IMG/VR virus record: IMGVR_UViG_3300045988_152067
Location: 1 to 42,717 of that record
DNA length: 42,717 nucleotides
From: a virus
Reading direction: 5' to 3' (one strand)
The notes under the pieces were generated by a model. The model ran no database searches, was not told the DNA's origin, and saw nothing but the letters and a program-made list of their open reading frames with translations. Shown here in pieces: positions 22,453-32,541 of this stretch. The number at the start of each line of letters is the position of its first letter. The first letter of the stretch is position 1. Position numbers and translations under genes: made by a program.

Positions 22453-24529
22453 AACTTAACCGCCTTTGTTCTTTCACGTATCTATCCATAAAGCTTTTAA
22501 ATTCTGCATATCCATTATTTATAGCTTTTTTTATATCCTCACCATTAACACTACCACCATTTGAATTTATTACTATATTAGGAGCATAAACCACATTTGA
22601 TGCATTATTTACACTACTAACTGCATTTCTTCTAGCTTCTGCTGCACTTAAATCTATATCTGCGAAAGTATTTCCTGTAGATGGTTCTACTCCTAACATA
22701 CGTCCTGTTTGTTGCCATAAAGCAAGTGAACGTGAACTATTATTAATAGGAATTGCCATTTCTGGGCCATCTTCTGCAAAATATGCAAGTGTTGGCTTAG
22801 CTATAAGTCCACCAGTTGCAAATCCGTCTGGTTCATCTGTTCCTATTACATTTTTAACAATGCTGACTGTTCCTTGTATTGGACTAGATAAAAAGGCTCT
22901 TAATTGTTCCCATTTTTCTAGAACGCTGTTAACCAGTTCATTTATATTGTTCGTTACGCCATCTTTTAGTGCTGTAAAGTTACTTATTACACTATTACTA
23001 AATTCTGTTGCACTAGCACTTACTGTATCCCAATTATAAATAAGATATGTGCCTAATGCTATTAAACCACCTATTAATAAAGATATACCTAATATTGGTA
23101 ATGATATGCCACCTATCGCTACTGCTACAGCCGAAGCAGCCGCTCCAATTCCACCAAGTCCTGCTATAAAAGAAGCAGCAGAAAAAGCTGCTATTGCAGA
23201 ACCTACACCTGCTATTGCTGCTACTAATACACTAGGATCTATTCCACTCAATGCTTCATTTATGCCTTGTATAATAGGAGTGGCTTTTTCTGCTAATGGT
23301 GCTATAAATTGTACTTCTATAGTTCTTCCTAATTGTGCAAAAGCTGCACTAGCATTATTTAATTTATTTTTGGATATATCGTCTAGGGTATTAGCATTCA
23401 TGTTTAGGGAATTATCTGTTTCCGCCATAGCAAATATTGTTTTTTCCCCTAAATCTTCCCACATGGTACCAAAAAATCCTACACCTGCTATATTTCTTTT
23501 AACTGGATCTTCTACAGCTTTTAAAGCTTTTATTGTTTCTTTAAAAGCCTCTTGTGATGATTTACCACCTTTAGCAAATTTATGAGACATTATATCTGTA
23601 TCTAAACCAACAGCCTCAAATGCTTCTGTTGTTGTTTTACTACCATCTTTTACACGAATATTAAATTCTTTTATAGCATCACCCATTTTATCTATAGACC
23701 AAATTCCTTTTTCACTACCTATAGCATATAGACTTCCCATTTGTTCAGCACTAAAACCTGCTTGCGAAAATAATACACTATACTCATTTATAGTATCTGC
23801 TAAATCACCATTTTTATTTGCTCCTTTTTGTGCTAATTGTGCAATTAATGTATATGCCTGTTCTCCAGTAATTCCAAATTGTTCCATCATTACTTTAGCA
23901 GCTCTTGTTGATTCTACTATATCTATACCGAATGTATCTCTCAATACAATTGCATCTCTTGATACATTTTGTAAATCGCCACCTAAATCACCCATTATTT
24001 GTCTTACTTGACCAACAATTTGAGCTGCGTCTAACATATCTGTACTAAATCCTGAAGTATATACAGCCCTTATAGAACTTTCTATATTTTGCCAATCCTC
24101 GCCCATGGCTCCTGTCATGGCTTTAGCTTGTCCAACAGCTTGCTGATATGCAGATATGTCTGATACTACCATTCCTAAACCCAAACCTGCTGTAGCTCCA
24201 GCAACTAGACCTTTTACATTTGAACCCACACCACTAAGTGCAGACTGTGCTTCTTGATATTCTCTTTGGTTTTTAGTTAATTCTTCTAATGCTTCTGACT
24301 CTTTATTTATTTTAGCTGTTATTTTAGCAGAATTAGTAGCAAAAGAATTTGCAGATATTGTACCAGATTTATATGCACTTTCTAATTGTTGCATAGAGTC
24401 TTGCAACTCTTTTAAAGTCTTATTAGATTGCTTTATTTTTCTATCTGCGTCCTGAAAAGAGCTTGCAAATTTAGGATCTAAACCACCAAGAATTTTAAAG
24501 GCAAAATCATAAGTTTTAGCATTTGCCAC
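22445..24529 (-). CDS. Tape measure protein
   Basis: 694 aa. Helical N-terminus, Gly/Ala-rich hydrophobic central block, located after the chaperone pair. GTG start with AAAGGAGG RBS. Confidence 0.85.
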   Translation of the reverse strand: MANAKTYDFAFKILGGLDPKFASSFQDADRKIKQSNKTLKELQDSMQQLESAYKSGTISANSFATNSAKITAKINKESEALEELTKNQREYQEAQSALSGVGSNVKGLVAGATAGLGLGMVVSDISAYQQAVGQAKAMTGAMGEDWQNIESSIRAVYTSGFSTDMLDAAQIVGQVRQIMGDLGGDLQNVSRDAIVLRDTFGIDIVESTRAAKVMMEQFGITGEQAYTLIAQLAQKGANKNGDLADTINEYSVLFSQAGFSAEQMGSLYAIGSEKGIWSIDKMGDAIKEFNIRVKDGSKTTTEAFEAVGLDTDIMSHKFAKGGKSSQEAFKETIKALKAVEDPVKRNIAGVGFFGTMWEDLGEKTIFAMAETDNSLNMNANTLDDISKNKLNNASAAFAQLGRTIEVQFIAPLAEKATPIIQGINEALSGIDPSVLVAAIAGVGSAIAAFSAASFIAGLGGIGAAASAVAVAIGGISLPILGISLLIGGLIALGTYLIYNWDTVSASATEFSNSVISNFTALKDGVTNNINELVNSVLEKWEQLRAFLSSPIQGTVSIVKNVIGTDEPDGFATGGLIAKPTLAYFAEDGPEMAIPINNSSRSLALWQQTGRMLGVEPSTGNTFADIDLSAAEARRNAVSSVNNASNVVYAPNIVINSNGGSVNGEDIKKAINNGYAEFKSFMDRYVKEQRRLSYA

Positions 24530-24530
24530 T

Positions 24531-24674
24531 TTATTTCCTCCTTTCTTTTATTTGTTTATTTATCATCTTTGTTTCTTCTTCTAATAACTCATTTATTTCT
24601 TTGGCATACTTAAATAAATAAGAAAAAGGCATATCCATATACACATTAACTGGTGTATGGGTATACCTTGCCAT
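24531..24674 (-). CDS. -1 frame extension of the tail assembly chaperone (E'-like)
   Basis: This frame is open from inside 24692..25009 across its stop down to 24531. It is offset by -1 from the chaperone frame. GGA AAA G lies just upstream of the stop. Confidence 0.5.
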   Translation of the reverse strand: MARYTHTPVNVYMDMPFSYLFKYAKEINELLEEETKMINKQIKERRK

Positions 24675-24691
24675 AACAATAACATTCTTTA

Positions 24692-25009
24692 TTATTCTTT
24701 CTGTGAAACTTTTCCTTTGACCTCCCCCATGACTGTACCCATGATGAAGCGTCTTGCTTGTATTTTAGCTAATAAAAATTTATCTGCAGGTAAATCTTTC
24801 AAAATGATAGGTTGAACTCCAGCGGCTTTTGCTGCTAAAGCTGTTAAAAAACCGCCAGAAAATTCAACTGCTACTGCTCCATCAATGTTCTCTGCTTCTT
24901 TTTCTGCATCTAACATATCTTGACCAGTTAATTTACTAAAATCAAAATTTAATTCTTCTATTTTTGTATTTCCATACTCTAAAGGTTTATCTAATTTTAA
25001 TGTATACAT
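24692..25009 (-). CDS. Tail assembly chaperone (gpE-like)
   Basis: 105 aa between the tube and tape measure genes. Confidence 0.65.
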   Translation of the reverse strand: MYTLKLDKPLEYGNTKIEELNFDFSKLTGQDMLDAEKEAENIDGAVAVEFSGGFLTALAAKAAGVQPIILKDLPADKFLLAKIQARRFIMGTVMGEVKGKVSQKE

Positions 25010-25018
25010 AATTTACTC

Positions 25019-25534
25019 CTATCCTATTGCGTCCATAATATCTTTAAGCATATCTGTTCCGCCAACAGTATAAATATCATTAAATTTGTCTATTTTTATC
25101 TGACTTTTTTTATCTAAAAATACTTCTATGTTGTATATTTCTATATCTGCTTTTACGCTAAAAGTTCCAGGTTGCTGTGCTTCACCTAAATCATAGGTTG
25201 TTGTTTCCCCTGTTACTGCTACCCTAAACTGTTCTATCTTTTTTTGTTTTAGGCTAGTATCATAAACGCTTTGTGCTCCCCTAATATCTAGGTTTACTAC
25301 ACCTTCTAAAAGACTTAAATTTTCTTTTGTTATACCTCTAAACTCTAAGCTTAATTTAGAACTTTCTATGCTTCCTGTTGCTGGTTTTTCAACCTTTCCC
25401 ATTAGACCAAAACCTTCTAAGGTTACTGTTGTTTTTTCAAAATTAGGCAAAGTAAGTTTAGCAAGTCCCATAAGTTCCATGTTATTATCTGCATTATAAA
25501 CTTTTGCCTTTTCTAAATGTGTTGGCATCTTCAT
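25019..25534 (-). CDS. Tail tube protein
   Basis: Follows the sheath gene. GAGGTGA RBS lies 6 nt before the ATG at 25534. Confidence 0.7.
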   Translation of the reverse strand: MKMPTHLEKAKVYNADNNMELMGLAKLTLPNFEKTTVTLEGFGLMGKVEKPATGSIESSKLSLEFRGITKENLSLLEGVVNLDIRGAQSVYDTSLKQKKIEQFRVAVTGETTTYDLGEAQQPGTFSVKADIEIYNIEVFLDKKSQIKIDKFNDIYTVGGTDMLKDIMDAIG

Positions 25535-25548
25535 TTTCAATCACCTCA

Positions 25549-27012
25549 CTATGCTACTTCCATTACAGTAAATAAATCATTGTAATAAGTTACATCAAAT
25601 TCTAGGTCAAATTTTATTTTTTCTGCAGGAACGCATAAGCCAACATAAACATGATATGTTATACTTCCATCTATTAAATCTGTGAGTGAATTTTGTTCTT
25701 CTTGAAATTCCACTCGACCACCTAATATTACCTGCTGTGCAGTTAATCCATCTAACCATGTATTACAACTATTAATTATTGTTTCTATAAATCTTGGTCT
25801 AATTGGATTATCTATTTTAGAAAAGAATGTTGTCTGTAGTGTATTTCCAATCCAGTTCATCATTCGTCTGCAACAAATCCATCTATCTTTTGGATCTGTT
25901 GTTCCTGGATAAGCTGCAGTATTATTTCCCCACAATTTCCAACCATTCTGATTTATAGCTGTTACTACACCTACACCATTTAAATAGTTGGCCACATCTT
26001 GTCCAAAAACAACTTCTGTACCATCTTCTAATACTAAACCATCACCAACAATACTTTCATTACTTGGAGATTTAAATGGAACATCATCATAAGAAGCATC
26101 TGTATTTAATGTTACACAAGACGCCAAAACAGACATATGATATGTTTTTTCACCTAAAGAAATTTTTGGCCAATATACAATCAAATTCGGAGAAGTAATA
26201 TTATTTTGGTTTTTCCAGTTATTTACATCACTATATTTTTTTACAGTAGAAGTATCTACATCTACAAGTGCCATACATCTAAAAGAGCCATTAATATTTT
26301 CACATTTTGCGTCCATTACTGCTGCTACTTCACTATCTGAACTCCATTTTGGCACTACAATTTGTCCAGGTACTAGATTAAATAATGGATATACATCTGC
26401 TACTACTTCTAATCCTTCAGATTTATTTGTAGTAATATCTACACCGCCAATAATTGCATCTGTATCAACCATACTTGGATCCACTTTGTCATATTCAAAA
26501 TAAATGGTATCCGTAACATCTTCTTTTGTTACTGTTATTAAGAGCTTACCCTCATCATTGTAAGCTGCCATATATTCTGTTCCATATTTTAATTCTTCTC
26601 CCATTTCATCTTTTTTTACTTTTAGGGTGCTTAAAATTACTGGATCTTCTAAAATTACTTCTTTATTTGTTAAACTTTTTTGCGTACTTTCTACACTTTG
26701 TTTATGTTTTGTTATATCTAAAACATTAATAAATACTACTGGGCTAATACTATTTTTACTAAATGCTGCATCCATGTATTCGCAAAGTGTGTAATTATCC
26801 CAATCATCTGTATAACCAAAATTAGCTACCGCCTCTGCATAACTGTAGATTAAGGTAGCTTTATTTGTTGGTAACTGTGCTACTGGAGCATTAATTAAAT
26901 ATAATGGTGCTGTCCCTACTACTACTGGAAGCCCTGCACTAACTTCTATTGTAGGGACTAAAGAAGTTGCTTCTTCTTGTATATATATCCCATGCTGATA
27001 AGTAGTTGCCAT
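25549..27012 (-). CDS. Contractile tail sheath protein
   Basis: 487 aa. N-terminus MATTYQHGIYIQE...VVVGTAP is typical of myovirus sheath proteins. Confidence 0.8.
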   Translation of the reverse strand: MATTYQHGIYIQEEATSLVPTIEVSAGLPVVVGTAPLYLINAPVAQLPTNKATLIYSYAEAVANFGYTDDWDNYTLCEYMDAAFSKNSISPVVFINVLDITKHKQSVESTQKSLTNKEVILEDPVILSTLKVKKDEMGEELKYGTEYMAAYNDEGKLLITVTKEDVTDTIYFEYDKVDPSMVDTDAIIGGVDITTNKSEGLEVVADVYPLFNLVPGQIVVPKWSSDSEVAAVMDAKCENINGSFRCMALVDVDTSTVKKYSDVNNWKNQNNITSPNLIVYWPKISLGEKTYHMSVLASCVTLNTDASYDDVPFKSPSNESIVGDGLVLEDGTEVVFGQDVANYLNGVGVVTAINQNGWKLWGNNTAAYPGTTDPKDRWICCRRMMNWIGNTLQTTFFSKIDNPIRPRFIETIINSCNTWLDGLTAQQVILGGRVEFQEEQNSLTDLIDGSITYHVYVGLCVPAEKIKFDLEFDVTYYNDLFTVMEVA

Positions 27013-27296
27013 TATTTATTTTCCTCCTTTTTTATATATTCAATGAGCTCTAGGACTGCTTGATACTCTAATGTACCTTTACTTTTAATATGTTTTTTAG
27101 CTATTCCTAGCATTTTAGGCTCTACAAATAAATTTTTAAATAACATGCATTTAGAAAATAAGTCTTTAAATGGTGGATATCCATAAGGAATACCGCATTT
27201 AAAGACTTTATTAGGGAATAATCCATATTTAATTATTGTTGGTCCTATATAGATAGATGCTACTTGTCTTGTCTTTTTATTGATATCCGTAATCAT
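27012..27296 (-). CDS. Hypothetical virion-module protein
   Basis: 94-aa ORF coupled to the sheath start. Confidence 0.4.
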   Translation of the reverse strand: MITDINKKTRQVASIYIGPTIIKYGLFPNKVFKCGIPYGYPPFKDLFSKCMLFKNLFVEPKMLGIAKKHIKSKGTLEYQAVLELIEYIKKEENK

Positions 27297-27756
27297 CTGT
27301 TATCAATCCTTCTTCTTCTATAGATTCTCCAATGTAAGTAGCTAATATATAAGCTCCCCACATTGGTCTTGGTTGTAATTCTTCATCAAGTATTTTAGTG
27401 GTTAATGGCATTGTCATTTGACAATCGCCAAAATGTCTTTTCTTTAATAGAGCCATTCTATTTTTTTCCAGCCAATTATAAATTAATCTGTATGCATCTT
27501 CTGCTACTTCATTGTAAGTCAGATATGTTATTAACATTTTTACCTCTGTTTGTCCGCCAGATAAATCTCTATAATTATCTGTTATTTCTTGCGGTCTAAC
27601 TATAATACGAGGGCAAAGATTTTTTTTATCTTTGCTAGATATCATGTCTGGAATAAATCCTGTTATTACTTCAACTTGCTTTTCTTTACTATCATAAGTT
27701 TTATTAACATCTTTTAAATATTTAGCTATTTCATCAGCTAATTCAATTGCATTCAT
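27277..27756 (-). CDS. Tail completion/terminator-like protein
   Basis: 159 aa. Assigned by its position after the gpZ-like gene and loose resemblance to lambda gpU-type proteins. Confidence 0.35.
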   Translation of the reverse strand: MNAIELADEIAKYLKDVNKTYDSKEKQVEVITGFIPDMISSKDKKNLCPRIIVRPQEITDNYRDLSGGQTEVKMLITYLTYNEVAEDAYRLIYNWLEKNRMALLKKRHFGDCQMTMPLTTKILDEELQPRPMWGAYILATYIGESIEEEGLITDDYGYQ

Positions 27757-27763
27757 GTTTTCC

Positions 27764-28369
27764 TCACACGTTTTTGCTTAAGATATTAGCTATTTGTTTT
27801 TGTATATCCTCACCAAAAGTTTTTTGTACGTCTGTAGTAATTTTTGCATGTATTTGTGGATTTTTAGCCATATAAGAAGCAGAAGGGCCGTAAAATTCTT
27901 CTATTGCTCTTACACCTTTTGTCATGCCTACACCTCTTTTTTTAGGTCTAGGCTGTTTATCCCTCATGTTTTTATTTTTATAACGTTTGAAAACTCCGAC
28001 ATGTCCAGTAGAGGGCATTTCTTGCATAAAAGCACTTGTTATTTTACCGCCACCGCCTTTTTTTACTTGAGCCATTACTCCACTACTATTTTGACTAGCT
28101 TTAAAATAGCTTAAAGCTAAGACTTTACCTTTTATATTAATCTTAGCTTCTAGCTTTCCAGGTTTTGCACGTCTTATATATGTTCCGTACTTTCTTGCAT
28201 TTGGTGAAGTTATTACATAATTTTTTCTAATACCTTTTATTACACCTGTTACTGCTGTTCTTGCAGACTTATTTAGTGCATTAGCTATGGCTTTATCTGC
28301 TCCTTTAGGAACTCCTGCCAACATTTTTTGCACTCTCTTGATGTCTTGGTCTTGTACTATAAAGCTCAT
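27764..28369 (-). CDS. Lambda gpZ-like minor tail / head-tail protein
   Basis: AIANALNKSARTAVTGVIKGI, KKGGGGKIT and GHVGVFKR parallel the lambda gpZ layout. Confidence 0.55.
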   Translation of the reverse strand: MSFIVQDQDIKRVQKMLAGVPKGADKAIANALNKSARTAVTGVIKGIRKNYVITSPNARKYGTYIRRAKPGKLEAKINIKGKVLALSYFKASQNSSGVMAQVKKGGGGKITSAFMQEMPSTGHVGVFKRYKNKNMRDKQPRPKKRGVGMTKGVRAIEEFYGPSASYMAKNPQIHAKITTDVQKTFGEDIQKQIANILSKNV

Positions 28370-28716
28370 GGCTGATTTTCCCCAAGCATTATTTTTAACA
28401 TTCCCATATTATCTTCTACATTGACTACATAATAGGTTTCACTATCTAGGGTAAATAGTTTGCCATGTGTCGGTCGTTCTTCTAAATCCGCCAAAGCACA
28501 ATATACATTTACTGTTTGCCCTGTTATTCCATCTAAACCAGTGGTACTACTAACTAGCATGTCTTTATTTGTTAGAGCTTGTACACTAGCCATACATTCA
28601 CTACCATTTAAATTATGCAAATCTGCAAATTCTTGTGGATTTAAAAATATATTTTTTAAGTCTTTTTGTACCATCTGTCTAAATTTACTCATATTATTCG
28701 CCTGTCTTAACTGCAT
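28366..28716 (-). CDS. Head-tail joining protein (lambda FII-like)
   Basis: 116 aa. The C-terminal YYVVNVEDNMGMLKIMLGEN parallels the FII C-terminus. Confidence 0.5.
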   Translation of the reverse strand: MQLRQANNMSKFRQMVQKDLKNIFLNPQEFADLHNLNGSECMASVQALTNKDMLVSSTTGLDGITGQTVNVYCALADLEERPTHGKLFTLDSETYYVVNVEDNMGMLKIMLGENQP

Positions 28717-29053
28717 TTCCTAATAATTTTACCTGTCCAACTGCTGTAGCACTTTCTTTTTTTAGCGTACACATACCAGCAGGAACATCTGTACTTGTTT
28801 TTGTTAATTTTTTACCTGCAGTATTCCAGTAAAGCATATCTCCTACTTCAAAAGCGGTTGATGTATCTGCTGGTAAATTCCAAATACCTTCTAATGTTAC
28901 TGTACCTACTTCATTTTGTGGAATTGGCATATTGCTAATACCAATACAACTTGTTCCAATAGGGACTACATCTCTATATGCTATTTCTTCACCTGCATTT
29001 TTATAGTTAATTACTTTTCCCATATCAAAAACTAATTCTGCCATTTTACTCAC
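28694..29053 (-). CDS. DUF2190-like head decoration/cement protein
   Basis: 119 aa directly after the capsid gene. Pattern GEEIAYRDVV...GDMLYWN. Confidence 0.5.
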   Translation of the reverse strand: MSKMAELVFDMGKVINYKNAGEEIAYRDVVPIGTSCIGISNMPIPQNEVGTVTLEGIWNLPADTSTAFEVGDMLYWNTAGKKLTKTSTDVPAGMCTLKKESATAVGQVKLLGNAVKTGE

Positions 29054-29058
29054 CTTTC

Positions 29059-30897
29059 TTATTTACCTTCATTTTTAATAATTCCACGTTTATCAATCAC
29101 ATTTACGCCATAATCCATATAAATTCTAAAGTCCATACCAAGATTTGTGAAAGATACTCTAGAATCTATTGTTGGTGTATCTTTACCATTTAAATATGTT
29201 ACTTCAATGACTGGAGCAAGCATTGGATCTGCTACTACATACCAAGCTTTATTACTATAGCTATCTAATTCACCATCTACAATTAATCTAAGATTATTAT
29301 TAAATGGATTTACAACACCACTATTTTTACCTTCTGGATCTGATGTAGATTTTAATAATTGCTGTGCTAATGTTTCTAATTCTGCTGGAACAATTAATGC
29401 ATATGGCATTAAATTTAATGTTGTTTTTTCATCTACACCTTTTTGTGTTCTTAAAAGTTTTCTTGCTTCACCGAGGCTTGTTACACTTAAAGCACCTGCT
29501 GTTCCTTTATTTTCTGCTTCAAGAGTTAATCCACTAAGTGTTTTATATACAAGTTTATTAATACCATATTTAGCAGCATAAGCATAAGATTGTGGAATTT
29601 TAGATAAAGCACTCAAATCATCATTGATTATTGCTTGTCTAGATAAAGACCAAGAACGTCCAAAGGTTAATACAGAAGCAGTTGCTTCTTCTTCTGTGAA
29701 CTTACTAGCTGTAAATTCTCCGTTTTCTTTAATTTCTACTAATTCTTGTGCTTCAGACAATCTGTAACGTTTAGCTGCTTTAAAATCTGTATTATTGCCT
29801 TTTCCTGTCCATGCTTCAAATGTAGTATTAGCTAGCTGATAAGATTTTGCCAAAGATTTATTGGCTACATTACTTAAAATACCAGGTAATTCACCTGTAC
29901 CAATCATGGTAGTGCGTAAAAGCATCTCTGTATCTTTCATTCGTGCATTAGTATCGCCAGCTTTTTCTGCACAAATTACAAGATAATCTCTTAAACCCAT
30001 TCCCATCATGTTTTGGCTACCTTCTGCTGGTTTTTCTACTCTAACTCCTGCTCTTAAAAGCAATGCATCTGTAGCTACTTCTCTAAATTTTTCTCTTTCT
30101 TCTGTACCGACTTGAACTCTTGTCGTATTAGAAGGCTTATTACTATTTTTTAATCTTTCTAAAATAGCATGTTCCACATCTTGTACAGATTTGTTTTCTC
30201 TAATAAATTTATCTATTTCTTCTGCTTCCAAATTAAAATTTCTGCCTAATGTGTTTATCTGTAAAATTCTTTCTTGTTCTGCTCTTTTAATATTCTCACT
30301 ATTTTCTGTTACATTTGTATTTGGTTCTACATTTGTTTTTGGATCTACTGGATTATTCATGTTATTTTCTCCTCCTAAACTTCTTCCTACTCCTACTTCA
30401 TTATCTGCTGGAACAGATACAATAGATATTTCGTATACGCTCCAACGCACTGCTACATATGCTGGGCCTGCAAATTTTCCGTTAGTAGATACAGAATTTG
30501 CTTGTACTTCTTCCCAATTATTAACAACATAACCAACAGATACTCCTCTTAAAGTTCCATTTTTTACCTTGTTAAAAATAGCATCAGACTCATCATCTTC
30601 ATCAAATTGAACTTCTGCTTTTGCCTTACTATCTTCTATCCATGTTCGCAATACTTTACCTATTACTCTATTGCTGTTGTGATTGAAAAGTAGGCAACAA
30701 AGACCATTATCTACTCTTTGCATATCCACAGAACTTTCATCAATTTGCAAGATTTCATTGCCATACCAACGGCTTACTGGTGCTTCAGAAGCAAAAGATA
30801 ATGTTACTGTTCGCTGTTCCTCATTTACAGCACTATCAATTATTATTTCCCTCTGTTGCATCAGAGCTGTTTGTGTCGGATTTTTTTGATTTTCCAT
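29059..30897 (-). CDS. Prohead protease fused to the major capsid protein
   Basis: 612 aa. The N-terminal ~180 aa resemble the HK97 U35 prohead protease (TLSFASE...LLFNHN...GVSVGY), then a low-complexity linker, then a ~330-aa capsid-like C-terminus. Confidence 0.65.
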   Translation of the reverse strand: MENQKNPTQTALMQQREIIIDSAVNEEQRTVTLSFASEAPVSRWYGNEILQIDESSVDMQRVDNGLCCLLFNHNSNRVIGKVLRTWIEDSKAKAEVQFDEDDESDAIFNKVKNGTLRGVSVGYVVNNWEEVQANSVSTNGKFAGPAYVAVRWSVYEISIVSVPADNEVGVGRSLGGENNMNNPVDPKTNVEPNTNVTENSENIKRAEQERILQINTLGRNFNLEAEEIDKFIRENKSVQDVEHAILERLKNSNKPSNTTRVQVGTEEREKFREVATDALLLRAGVRVEKPAEGSQNMMGMGLRDYLVICAEKAGDTNARMKDTEMLLRTTMIGTGELPGILSNVANKSLAKSYQLANTTFEAWTGKGNNTDFKAAKRYRLSEAQELVEIKENGEFTASKFTEEEATASVLTFGRSWSLSRQAIINDDLSALSKIPQSYAYAAKYGINKLVYKTLSGLTLEAENKGTAGALSVTSLGEARKLLRTQKGVDEKTTLNLMPYALIVPAELETLAQQLLKSTSDPEGKNSGVVNPFNNNLRLIVDGELDSYSNKAWYVVADPMLAPVIEVTYLNGKDTPTIDSRVSFTNLGMDFRIYMDYGVNVIDKRGIIKNEGK

Positions 30898-32338
30898 TTA
30901 TTTCACCACCACCAATATTATATTTTTCTTCTAATTGTTTTTTTAATGCTGCCACTTTAGCCTGACCTTCTAAGACTTCTCTATAATCTAGCCCAGATTT
31001 AGCACAAATATTTATTAAGTTATCTTGTCCAGTTTCTATAGCTGTTTTATTAGCATTTACTTCTTTTTGTGGATCTATCCAAGACCAACCAGGAGAAATC
31101 CATCTATGTTTTAGATACAGTTCTTTATTTTCCCAAAAGTCTTTTATATTTATAGTTCCTGCTAGTTGTGCACTTATGATTACTTCTGTATATATTTCAT
31201 GTAAAAAATGCACATTTAGCCAACTTTGCCAATCCTCAAATGTCTTTTGGTCCTCTAAAAGATTTTGTCTAGCACTAGAATAATTTACATTACTCATATC
31301 TCTAGTTGCTGTTTCATAGCTTAAGCCAATCGCACTTGCTCCTATTCGGTGCATTGTAGATATAAATTCTTTTGCATTTTGTGCCTGTCCATTTGGAATT
31401 ACAGAACTTATATCATCTCCCGGCTGGAGTTCCATTATCATACCAGACTTAATCTGTGTTTCTTTATAAGGTTCACGTTTAGAAGAAGTATTATTTCTAC
31501 CTATATTGGCTATAGCAGGCAACGTTCTTTTAATAAATACTGTTAAAGCTGCTAAGATTTTTTCTTTCAAAGATACAGTATATATATAATCATCTGTATC
31601 ATTTACCCTTGATAAAATTGCACTAAGTTCTGACATTTCCCTTACTTGGCTTGGCATTGTTTTAACCCACAACGGTATTACTCTTTGTGCATCTATACGT
31701 TCTGTTTTACCAGTATAGTAACCATCTGGAGCATAAACCTTTAAATGGTAAGCCACAGGTTTCTGATAAGCATTTAATTCAACACCATTTATAACTAGAT
31801 TTCCATTTTTACCAGTTAAAACAGTATCATCTAAGTCGTCTACCTCTCTCAACTGTAATTGAAAAGGATATTTTTTATTTCCATTATATGTTTTAACAAT
31901 TAAAATACCGCCATCAACTAGACGGCGGCGAATAATCATCTTGCATATTTCTGTAAAACTCATATTTCCTGTTACATCACAATTTCTAGGCATAGACCAA
32001 TTAGCGAAAATTTCTTCTAATTTTGTCTGTAATTCTTCATCTCTACATTGGCTTTGTACTCTAAAACCAGAGCCAACAACATTTCTTTCGAAACTTTTTA
32101 TAAGAGCTTGAATAAAGTCCGAGTTTCTTTCTCTATCCCTTGCCCTAGCACGTATAAAATCCCTTTGTGTTTCGTTTGTTTGTTCTGCTTTAGCATTGTA
32201 TGGCACCCAAAACTGATTAGAATTTGTTATATTTCCTGCTTCATAGCTTCTTATTCCTTGTCGCCATGCCATACGTTTATAAGCTAATCTAGGAGAAATA
32301 TAGCCTATAACTTTATCTAATACATTCAACGTTTTCAC
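30836..32338 (-). CDS. Portal protein (lambda gpB family)
   Basis: 500 aa, located between gpW and the protease-capsid gene. Confidence 0.8.
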   Translation of the reverse strand: MKTLNVLDKVIGYISPRLAYKRMAWRQGIRSYEAGNITNSNQFWVPYNAKAEQTNETQRDFIRARARDRERNSDFIQALIKSFERNVVGSGFRVQSQCRDEELQTKLEEIFANWSMPRNCDVTGNMSFTEICKMIIRRRLVDGGILIVKTYNGNKKYPFQLQLREVDDLDDTVLTGKNGNLVINGVELNAYQKPVAYHLKVYAPDGYYTGKTERIDAQRVIPLWVKTMPSQVREMSELSAILSRVNDTDDYIYTVSLKEKILAALTVFIKRTLPAIANIGRNNTSSKREPYKETQIKSGMIMELQPGDDISSVIPNGQAQNAKEFISTMHRIGASAIGLSYETATRDMSNVNYSSARQNLLEDQKTFEDWQSWLNVHFLHEIYTEVIISAQLAGTINIKDFWENKELYLKHRWISPGWSWIDPQKEVNANKTAIETGQDNLINICAKSGLDYREVLEGQAKVAALKKQLEEKYNIGGGEINGKSKKSDTNSSDATEGNNN

Positions 32339-32539
32339 CTACCTTGAAAATACCGCTACACTACAACCACCCCCATTTTGTTGAGCTAATTGAATTTCTA
32401 ATTGTCTACGTTCTTTGTATAACTCACCCAAACTAGCTCTTGTTATACTCCAACCGCCAACATTATAACTTTGTGCCCCACCTTCTATAGCTGCTATAGC
32501 TTCATCAATCGAAGCTAATCTTTCTTCTAGGCTTCTCAA
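32339..32539 (-). CDS. Head-tail joining protein gpW-like
   Basis: 66 aa between the large terminase and portal genes, as in lambda. Confidence 0.65.
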   Translation of the reverse strand: MRSLEERLASIDEAIAAIEGGAQSYNVGGWSITRASLGELYKERRQLEIQLAQQNGGGCSVAVFSR

Positions 32540-32541
32540 TA

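Noticed and set aside
23049-23585. 178-aa + strand ORF, together with the many other + strand ORFs in the track (for example 5869..6093, 7052..7282, 12465..12764, 19971..20348, 28460..28723, 30191..30532) and the - strand ORF 1527..1826 inside parA
   Set aside because: All lie antisense to long genes with recognisable motifs. They lack RBS/ATG contexts and have low-complexity translations that mirror the sense-strand codon bias. They are shadow ORFs.
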